Source: a virus. From it: a stretch of DNA of 64,000 nt. The DNA lies in the IMG/VR virus record IMGVR_UViG_3300009161_000023, positions 96,001 through 160,000 of that record, one strand, 5' to 3'. The notes below the pieces were generated by a model, which worked only from the letters and a program-made list of their open reading frames with translations, searched no databases and was not told the origin of the DNA. The position numbers and the translations under genes were made by a program. Shown piece by piece: positions 57,218-64,000 of this stretch. Numbering within the stretch: position 1 is the first letter of the stretch; each line of letters opens with the position of its first letter.

Positions 57218-58027
57218 ATGCTATTAATTGAAATTATTTATGGTAAATTTATTAATGATTTATTATTTTATATTATGGAAAACATTCTTTATTTTTTGCA
57301 TATACCAAAGACAGCTGGTACATCCTTAAACAAATTAATTAAATCTAAATATAAAAGTGAAAAAGTTTATCCTTTTTCAACTTATCATCAAATTTATACA
57401 AATAAAAAGTTGAATATTGATGATTATGATATTATTTCTGGTCATTTTACACATTCCTATATTCTAAATATTACAAAGCCAGTAAATGTTATAACAGTTT
57501 TAAGAAATCCAGTAAGCAGAGTAGTTTCTGCTTACAATCATCTTATGAGAGAACCAATTGCTAATTTTGAATTTAATAAATTTAAAAAATGTCAAATTAA
57601 AGACGCTTTAAATTTGTATCCTTGGTTGTTTTCAAATCAACAAACCAAGCATCTAGGATGGACTAGTAATGTTTTAAAGATGCCAAGATCTAAAATACCA
57701 ATACCATTTAGTATTGAAAACTGGCTAGAATTTCGTCAAAACATAAACATGGATGATATTTATCAAAATGCTTGTAATGCGATTGATAATATGTTTCTAT
57801 TTGGATTTACAGATAGACTGGATGAATTTGTAAAAATATTATTTGAAAAAATGAAATGGACGATGCCAGTAGAAATACCGAAATCAAATCCTTCTAAGGA
57901 AAATCAATTACTTGAAGATGAAGTAAATAATGTTAATTTAAAGAAAATTGAATCTCTTAATTATTATGATATAAAATTATATGAATATGCTAGAAAAAAA
58001 TATAAAGATTTACATAGACAAGATTAA
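57218..58027 (+). CDS. sulfotransferase (Sulfotransfer_2-like)
   Basis: FLHIPKTAGTSL, TVLRNPVSRVVSAY; alternative start at 57275. Confidence 0.85.
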   Translation: MLLIEIIYGKFINDLLFYIMENILYFLHIPKTAGTSLNKLIKSKYKSEKVYPFSTYHQIYTNKKLNIDDYDIISGHFTHSYILNITKPVNVITVLRNPVSRVVSAYNHLMREPIANFEFNKFKKCQIKDALNLYPWLFSNQQTKHLGWTSNVLKMPRSKIPIPFSIENWLEFRQNINMDDIYQNACNAIDNMFLFGFTDRLDEFVKILFEKMKWTMPVEIPKSNPSKENQLLEDEVNNVNLKKIESLNYYDIKLYEYARKKYKDLHRQD

Positions 58028-58533
58028 ATTTTATTATAAATAGACCATAAGTATTCATCGTCAATTTTAGCATTGTCAATCTTTTCAAAGTAATCAATTA
58101 AATCATCTAAGCTGCCAAACATGTTCTTGTGTGATAGCATTCCATAATACCAAACTGGAACTAATTCTTTTCCTTCTGGGCAAACTATGTATGTTGGTTT
58201 GTTTGCTTTTATACTTTGAAATATCTCACATGGAACTCCATGGGTTGCAACTCCATAAGGTAAGTAAGCAATTAATCCATCAGATTTATCAACCATCAAA
58301 CAATCTTTAAGGTAAAATTTTCTAGCTATACTTGCTATTTTGTCATAATCTTTTTCTTTTCTTGCTTCTGTTATCTGCTCTTTCCATTGTTGTTTTGGAT
58401 CTAAAAATGGATCATAAATATTTAAATCAAATTTCTTAATAATATTATCTTTAAACTCATATCTCCAATTATCTGTCCCAAATTCAATTGGGGAAGATAA
58501 ATAAAATGTTTTTTTCGAAAGAAGTTTATTCAT
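58024..58533 (-). CDS. nucleoside 2-deoxyribosyltransferase-like protein
   Basis: FYLSSPI, IYDPF, DCLMVDKSDGLIA, GVPCEI. Confidence 0.7.
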   Translation of the reverse strand: MNKLLSKKTFYLSSPIEFGTDNWRYEFKDNIIKKFDLNIYDPFLDPKQQWKEQITEARKEKDYDKIASIARKFYLKDCLMVDKSDGLIAYLPYGVATHGVPCEIFQSIKANKPTYIVCPEGKELVPVWYYGMLSHKNMFGSLDDLIDYFEKIDNAKIDDEYLWSIYNKI

Positions 58534-58598
58534 GTATCCTTTTTAATTTATTTTTGCAAAAATGCAACAATATTTATTGTTTTTTAATATATTATTGT

Positions 58599-59162
58599 AT
58601 GAAAACATTACTTAATCAAAATCGTAAAGAAAAATTAGATATTTATATTAAATTGGCAAATTCACTAAATGGAGACTTTGCGGAAGTTGGAGTTTACAAA
58701 GGTGGCAGTGCTGAAATAATAGCTAAAAATAAAAATGAAAATAAGAATTTATATCTATTTGACACTTTTGAAGGAATGCCAGAAGCTAATTTAGATTTTG
58801 ATAACTTTCATAAAAAAAATGATTTCAATGATACATCTTATTCAGATGTTTGCTTGGGTCTAAAATGTTATAAAAATGTTTTTATTTACAAGGGACTATT
58901 TCCAAATGACCATGGTCATAAAATACAAGATATAAAATTCTCTTTGGTTCATATAGATGTTGATATTTATAAAAGTTATATTGATTGCTTAAATTTCTTC
59001 TATCCAAAAATGGTAGATGGTGGAATTATTATTTTAGATGATTATTTTGCTCCAACTTGCAAAGGTGCAAGATTAGCAACTGATGAATTCTTCGCAGATA
59101 AACCCGAAAAACCAATATGGGAAGTAAAGCCTCAAGTTTGCATTGTCAAACAACCAAAATGA
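58599..59162 (+). CDS. TylF/MycF-family sugar O-methyltransferase
   Basis: GDFAEVGVYKGGS, LFDTFEGMP, HIDVDIY, ILDDY. Confidence 0.9.
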   Translation: MKTLLNQNRKEKLDIYIKLANSLNGDFAEVGVYKGGSAEIIAKNKNENKNLYLFDTFEGMPEANLDFDNFHKKNDFNDTSYSDVCLGLKCYKNVFIYKGLFPNDHGHKIQDIKFSLVHIDVDIYKSYIDCLNFFYPKMVDGGIIILDDYFAPTCKGARLATDEFFADKPEKPIWEVKPQVCIVKQPK

Positions 59163-59821
59163 TAATAAAAACAAAATTTAAAATTTATCCCTCTATATTT
59201 ATTCACATTCCTAAATGTGGAGGCAGTTCTATAAAACAAATATTAAACGATATTAACGAAAAAGAAGTTATTCATTCAAAAATAAAAGATGATTTTGAAT
59301 TACTTCTCAATAAACAAATTGATTTCGAAAAATATTTTATATTTGCAGTAATTAGAAATCCTTGGGATAGAATGATTTCTTATTATTTCTTTTATAAAAA
59401 TATAATAAAAAAAGAAGAAAGCATATCAGTAAATGCTAAGAAATATAAATTTAAAGATTGGTTGAAAATAATCTTTGAAAATAAAAAAGAATACTTTTTT
59501 ATTCATGAAAACTACCTTGATTATTTGACATATGAAGAAAAGGTTTACATTGATTACGCAATGAATTTTAACTTATTTAACGAAGAATGTAATTTATTAA
59601 AAAGTATATTGAAAATAAACTCTGAAGATTTTCATTTAAACAAAACAATACATGCGAATTATAAAAAATATTATTCAGATAAAGAAATTAAATTTGTTGA
59701 AGAAATTTATAAAAAAGATATAGAATTTTTTAATTTTGATTTTTATAATACAATTCAAATGAAAGAAATAAAAAATCATGATAAAATAAAACTTGTTTCA
59801 AGTAAAAAACTTTTTATGTAA
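59159..59821 (+). CDS. sulfotransferase (Sulfotransfer_2-like)
   Basis: IFIHIPKCGGSSI, VIRNPWDRMISYY; ATGA overlap with the methyltransferase. Confidence 0.85.
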   Translation: MIIKTKFKIYPSIFIHIPKCGGSSIKQILNDINEKEVIHSKIKDDFELLLNKQIDFEKYFIFAVIRNPWDRMISYYFFYKNIIKKEESISVNAKKYKFKDWLKIIFENKKEYFFIHENYLDYLTYEEKVYIDYAMNFNLFNEECNLLKSILKINSEDFHLNKTIHANYKKYYSDKEIKFVEEIYKKDIEFFNFDFYNTIQMKEIKNHDKIKLVSSKKLFM

Positions 59822-59830
59822 AGGGCTAAA

Positions 59831-60013
59831 ATGATTTTAATACCGTTGGAAATTAAAATTTCTGTCACCTTTGGATCAATTGATTTAAATTCAAATTCTG
59901 TTGTAAAAAAAGACAGTTTTACAATTGATTTGCAAAAACTTGATAGGGATTTGTTCCTAGAAGCATTTGATTCTTTAGTTAAAATAAAAGAAGAATTAAT
60001 CAATCAAAAATAA
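59831..60013 (+). CDS. 60-aa hypothetical protein
   Basis: SD AAGGG; follows the sulfotransferase. Confidence 0.5.
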   Translation: MILIPLEIKISVTFGSIDLNSNSVVKKDSFTIDLQKLDRDLFLEAFDSLVKIKEELINQK

Positions 60014-60051
60014 ATATTTTAATAAAATTAATTCTAAGTGATAAATAAAAC

Positions 60052-60684
60052 ATGAAAGACATGTTAAAATTTAAAGTATGGTTGGAATCTGAAGATAAAG
60101 AATTCTATGACCAACTAGTTGAAGAAGGATTGATTCCACCTTGGCTTAGAAATGTATTTCTTGCTGGCACTATAGCTATGGGATCATACTTAGTAAGCCC
60201 AACTGAAGCTCAGGGTGCTGAAGTTACATCTCAGTCAATAATTGATGTAAAAAAAGAAAAAATAGAAATTAATGTTAAATTACCAATAAAGATAACAAGA
60301 TTGGATTTAGCATCAGAAACCATAAAAGCATCAATTAAAAAAGAACTTTTAAAATTTCTACAAAATCAAGAACGAGAACGCTTAGATTCTAAAGAGAAGT
60401 ATATAATTAACTTAAAAACTTCTGTATTTGTAGATGTAGAAGAAAGAGACATTAATCCTTTGTTGACTAAGTTTGATTTAAGAGAACTTCTTCCAAGTTG
60501 GAAATTTGGCGATCAAGATAAACTTTCAAGGTTATTGAATGTTTTTATTAAATCAACTGAATCTGAGAAAAAAATTGGATTTCAAAATGTAAAATTTACT
60601 ATTTATTATGAAAAAATTAAAATACCAAATTCTCCTAGTGCAAATCCTAAAAATAATCCAACTCAGTCAAATATTTTAAAATAA
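60052..60684 (+). CDS. hypothetical protein with CTS-like N-terminus and a hydrophobic segment
   Basis: MLKFKVWLE; VFLAGTIAMGSYLVSP; ATAAATA 4 nt before ATG. Confidence 0.65.
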   Translation: MKDMLKFKVWLESEDKEFYDQLVEEGLIPPWLRNVFLAGTIAMGSYLVSPTEAQGAEVTSQSIIDVKKEKIEINVKLPIKITRLDLASETIKASIKKELLKFLQNQERERLDSKEKYIINLKTSVFVDVEERDINPLLTKFDLRELLPSWKFGDQDKLSRLLNVFIKSTESEKKIGFQNVKFTIYYEKIKIPNSPSANPKNNPTQSNILK

Positions 60685-60713
60685 AAATTTAACTTGGAAC
60701 ATAAATATTTATT

Positions 60714-61871
60714 ATGGAAACAATATTAGATTTAATTTACAAAGGTTTGAATGTAAAGAAAGAAAATGTCGGAGCTTTAAATAAATTTGATAGATTTTTA
60801 AATTCTTTTACTAATAAAACATCGAAAATAAAAAAATTAAATATTAAGATAAATTTAATAAAAAACGAAAACAAACATAGTTTGGCAGCTTTAATTCATA
60901 ATAAAATAATATTAACCGAAAGAATAAAGACACTTCAGCGTACTTTTGGCATGTCTGAAGATATAGATGTAGATAAGATAAAAAGATTTAAACTAAAAAT
61001 CCAATATTTAAATATGATATTGGAAAAAATTAGCACTGAAAAATATGATCTTATTTCAAATATTAGTACTTTACCAAAGCAAAACATTGTAGAAAATTTC
61101 TTAAAAAAAGAAGTTGATTATTTAAAAGAAATTGTTTTTGATAATGTTTTTTCAAGCTTTAAATTACACAAACAAGAATGTTTAGATTTTTTCGAAAAAG
61201 TAAAAAAAGAAAATGATTCAAATTCTATTGAAGTAATTCCACAATTAACCTTTGCTACAGTTGATGTTACTACTACGCCTAATGCTATAGTTGATGTTAC
61301 TACTACGCCTAATGCTATAGTCGATGTTACTACTACGCCTAATGCTATAGTCGATGTTACTATATCTAATGATACATTTGATCCTAGTTTAAGTGAATGC
61401 ATAGAAGAATATAAATTTTATTTAAATAGCATCGAATCTAAATATGAAGAAGTTGGAATTTCTCTTAATAATTTAATTATAACATTTAATGAAGAATGTG
61501 AAAAATATAAAGAGTTTTATAGTGAAGCAAATACATTTTTAGATAAAATAGAAAATTATAATAATACTATTAAAGTTTCTATAGACCATCAAAGTCTATT
61601 AACTAATTTGAATGTATTAAATTTTAAAAATAATTATAATTTATTGTATGATTTTAAAAAAAATCTGTCAGATATTATTGATACAGAAACAGAATATGAT
61701 ATTGAAATAAATAAACTTTCTTTAATTATTAAAGAATTAAAATTTCTTATTAATAAGCATACTATAAAAAATTTACACGATCAGTTAATTTGGATAGATG
61801 ATTATTTGATTATTTTAAATGATAAAGCAAGAGAGATAAGAAATTTAATCATTGTAAACGATAAACAATAA
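60714..61871 (+). CDS. coiled-coil protein with a 10-aa internal repeat
   Basis: (VDVTTTPNAI)x3 between helical halves. Confidence 0.65.
   Translation: METILDLIYKGLNVKKENVGALNKFDRFLNSFTNKTSKIKKLNIKINLIKNENKHSLAALIHNKIILTERIKTLQRTFGMSEDIDVDKIKRFKLKIQYLNMILEKISTEKYDLISNISTLPKQNIVENFLKKEVDYLKEIVFDNVFSSFKLHKQECLDFFEKVKKENDSNSIEVIPQLTFATVDVTTTPNAIVDVTTTPNAIVDVTTTPNAIVDVTISNDTFDPSLSECIEEYKFYLNSIESKYEEVGISLNNLIITFNEECEKYKEFYSEANTFLDKIENYNNTIKVSIDHQSLLTNLNVLNFKNNYNLLYDFKKNLSDIIDTETEYDIEINKLSLIIKELKFLINKHTIKNLHDQLIWIDDYLIILNDKAREIRNLIIVNDKQ
61260..61361 (+). repeat. 30-bp tandem repeat, about 3.4 copies
   Basis: GT(T/C)GATGTTACTACTACGCCTAATGCTATA. Confidence 0.9.
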
Positions 61872-61887
61872 GATAATAAATTTAATT

Positions 61888-62553
61888 TTATCTAATTCTT
61901 TCTTCTTTTATTATTTTATCTAATTTTTTTCTGTATTCTTCTTTTAATGGATTTTCTAATTTTAAAATATTATTTTCTGGTTTCCACTCTACTGGCAATT
62001 TCATATCTAAATATCCAAATATTCTATTCATTGTTCTTAAAGGATCTTCTGTAAAATTTTCATAAGAAATGCAAATATAATCTTCACCTTCTAAAAAATC
62101 ATCCCAATTATTCCAAAACAACAAAGTTTCTTTATAAATACTTATTAATTCTTGTTTGTTAAATGGAATACTAGCATTTTCATATTTTTCCATTTTTCTT
62201 TTTTGGTTTTTCTTAATAAAAGAAACTCTTAAGCCTTTATGAAAATATTGAGAAATTGTATGTGCTACTGGGTCTTTTCTTCTTAATAAAATAAACTTAA
62301 TATTTGGATGATAAGTTTTAATTACATTTTTTTTAATCTGGCTAGAAACATTTTTATAGTGGGTTTTTAATATTTTAGCATTACATGGTAGCCACTCTTT
62401 GTAGTTTCCCATTCCAATTTGGTGCTCATGAAAATGTTCATTAAATGTAGAAGAAAATTGATTTGTTGAGTTTAATAAACTACTTAAAAAAGTTGATCCT
62501 GATCTTTGGTTGGTTAAAATCCACGCTGGTACAGTACATTTGTTCATTTTCAT
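61888..62553 (-). CDS. Stf0-like sulfotransferase
   Basis: ILTNQRSGSTFL, ILLRRKDPVAHTISQY, ISYENF. Confidence 0.8.
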   Translation of the reverse strand: MKMNKCTVPAWILTNQRSGSTFLSSLLNSTNQFSSTFNEHFHEHQIGMGNYKEWLPCNAKILKTHYKNVSSQIKKNVIKTYHPNIKFILLRRKDPVAHTISQYFHKGLRVSFIKKNQKRKMEKYENASIPFNKQELISIYKETLLFWNNWDDFLEGEDYICISYENFTEDPLRTMNRIFGYLDMKLPVEWKPENNILKLENPLKEEYRKKLDKIIKEERIR

Positions 62554-62720
62554 TTTTTTCCCTCTATCCATTCTTTAAATGATTTAATTTTTTTCTTTAT
62601 TACTTTTTCTGGTAAAGAAGAAAAATCTGTTTCTTTAGCCCACTCATCACAATCAACTTTTCCACCAAAACCATCAGTGGCAAAACATTTTTTCATTTGA
62701 GCTTTACTTAAAAACGGCAT
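62550..62720 (-). CDS. 56-aa protein (MPFLSKAQMKKCF...KSFKEWIEGKK)
   Basis: Hand-translated; SD AAGG; ATGA-coupled to the sulfotransferase. Confidence 0.65.
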   Translation of the reverse strand: MPFLSKAQMKKCFATDGFGGKVDCDEWAKETDFSSLPEKVIKKKIKSFKEWIEGKK

Positions 62721-62992
62721 AAATACCTTTCTTCAATGTATTTATATTTTTTATTATAATTTTTTTGTTATTTTATTATTTTTTCATATGATAATAAGAC
62801 AGCAAAAATATAACAAGGATAATTGATTGTGAAAATAAATAGCAAAACTTCATTAATTTTTCTTTTAATAATTATTTTTTGTTTTTTTTCGTACTTAAAT
62901 GATTATTTTGATAATTGTCGTTTAATAAAACAAATCGAAGTTATTCTCGTTGAGAATTAATATTTTTTAATAAAAACATAATATATAATTAC

Positions 62993-63283
62993 ATGAAAAA
63001 CAATTATTTATTATATTTATCTGGTGTAATTTCAGAAGAAAAACTTATAGAGAATTCAAAAGAACATGAGCTTGACAACTATATGTTTTTTCAAAATTTA
63101 CAAACTGTGAAAGAATGCATAGATGAAATTTTAAAAATGAATTCATCTGAAGTAGACAGTTTACTTTCTGATGGACATGATTGGGCTAATGATCATGTAT
63201 CTGGTGCTAAAACTTCATTAGAACAAGTTTGCGATTGGTTGAAAAATTCTTTAAATAAAGAACAGAATTTAGAAGGTTTATAA
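62993..63283 (+). CDS. hypothetical protein
   Basis: NYMFFQNL...DGHDWANDHVS; ATATATA 5 nt before ATG. Confidence 0.7.
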   Translation: MKNNYLLYLSGVISEEKLIENSKEHELDNYMFFQNLQTVKECIDEILKMNSSEVDSLLSDGHDWANDHVSGAKTSLEQVCDWLKNSLNKEQNLEGL

Positions 63284-63441
63284 TGGGTGGTGGAAGCGAA
63301 TCAATTGTAACTTGTAAAGATAAGAATAATCCAAATTTTCAAATTTGGGGTGCTATGTCAGATCTTGGATGTAATAAAAAGAAAAAAAGAAATTTTAAAT
63401 CTTTTAAAGAATGGTTGATTTTAAAAAATAATAAAAAATAA
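63283..63441 (+). CDS. 52-aa protein (MGGGSESIVTC...KSFKEWLILKNNKK)
   Basis: Hand-translated; TAATG overlap with the upstream gene. Confidence 0.6.
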   Translation: MGGGSESIVTCKDKNNPNFQIWGAMSDLGCNKKKKRNFKSFKEWLILKNNKK

Positions 63442-63768
63442 CTCCATGCTATCTTCATCCCATTTATTATTGTCCCATTTTTCTCTACTCCATAAATTTA
63501 AATTTTCAAATAAAGGAACTTTCCAAAATATTCTTTTAAATAAATACTTATCTTTTTTGGAGTATTGTATTTCTATTATCGTTGCATTTGAATGTTCTTT
63601 AATTACTTCTAAAAGAACTTTTTCTATTTTTACTGCATCTTTATAAAAGATTTTTCTTCCATTATCGCTATGAACTTCAATTATCATATTCTTTTTAAAA
63701 TTTATATTTAAAAAAAACGGTATTGATAATAAAAATCTTCTTCTGTTAATGTCAATTTCGTAATCCAT
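63421..63768 (-). CDS. hypothetical protein
   Basis: 115-aa ORF; N-terminal RRRFLL. Confidence 0.45.
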   Translation of the reverse strand: MDYEIDINRRRFLLSIPFFLNINFKKNMIIEVHSDNGRKIFYKDAVKIEKVLLEVIKEHSNATIIEIQYSKKDKYLFKRIFWKVPLFENLNLWSREKWDNNKWDEDSMELFFIIF

Positions 63769-63812
63769 GTAATATTATAATTAAAAATTATTATAAATAA
63801 AAAACTTATCAT

Positions 63813-63820
63813 TATAAATA
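63813..63820 (+). promoter_or_regulatory. T4-type late promoter TATAAATA
   Basis: Exact consensus 4 nt before ATG 63825; second copy at 63792-63799; another at 57199-57206. Confidence 0.65.
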
Positions 63821-63824
63821 AATA

Positions 63825-64000
63825 ATGAAGTTAAATTTTAAATTATGGTTTGAAGCTATTACTCTTGGCACTGAAGAAGTAGATGAGAGACAAATTGATT
63901 CTGCTTATAAAAATGCAAAGTATGCTGTTAAACTTGTTCAAATGTATGACAAATCTTTGCCTTTAAATGATAAATTGCTTTTAAATGTAAGTACTATAGC
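63825..64000 (+). CDS. 5' part of a gene truncated by the window edge
   Basis: MKLNFKLWFEAITLGTEEV..., open to the end of the window. Confidence 0.65.
   Translation, partial: MKLNFKLWFEAITLGTEEVDERQIDSAYKNAKYAVKLVQMYDKSLPLNDKLLLNVSTI

Noticed and set aside
48357-59821. Eukaryotic giant virus (NCLDV) origin of the glycan genes
   Set aside because: SD sites, coupled operons and contractile-tail genes indicate a prokaryotic virus.
62721-62992. Longest intergenic stretch as ncRNA, tRNA or origin
   Set aside because: Very AT-rich with no cloverleaf, stable stem or iterons recognisable by eye; a covariance-model search would be needed.

Overview
Very AT-rich, gene-dense segment of a large T4-like contractile-tailed (jumbo) bacteriophage, standard code 11. 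No rRNA, tRNA or CRISPR array was recognised. The window contains: (i) an accessory/replication region (M4/M36-like metalloprotease, poly-Asp/Glu protein, flavin amine oxidase, Fe-S PD-(D/E)XK nuclease, TOPRIM primase); (ii) an operon built around an actin-fold ATPase that resembles haloarchaeal volactin; (iii) a minus-strand virion module (three AEHHN/PKD paralogues, one with about 800 aa of Pro-rich higher-order repeats, plus baseplate gp7/gp6/gp25/gp5/hub/gp53/tube-initiator homologues, a 2285-aa tape measure and a gp2-like protein); (iv) a catalytically degenerate CCA-adding enzyme homologue; (v) an approximately 11.5-kb glycan-modification island. Two patterns run across the window: an ATAWATA motif 4-6 nt before many SD-less ATGs (T4-like late promoter, probably leaderless mRNAs), and a T4 capsid-targeting-like (K)F..(W/F)L.E peptide on several unrelated proteins. 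All family assignments come from motifs read by eye and recalled family knowledge; no searches were run. Several starts were moved from the ORF track where SD sites or gene overlaps justify it.
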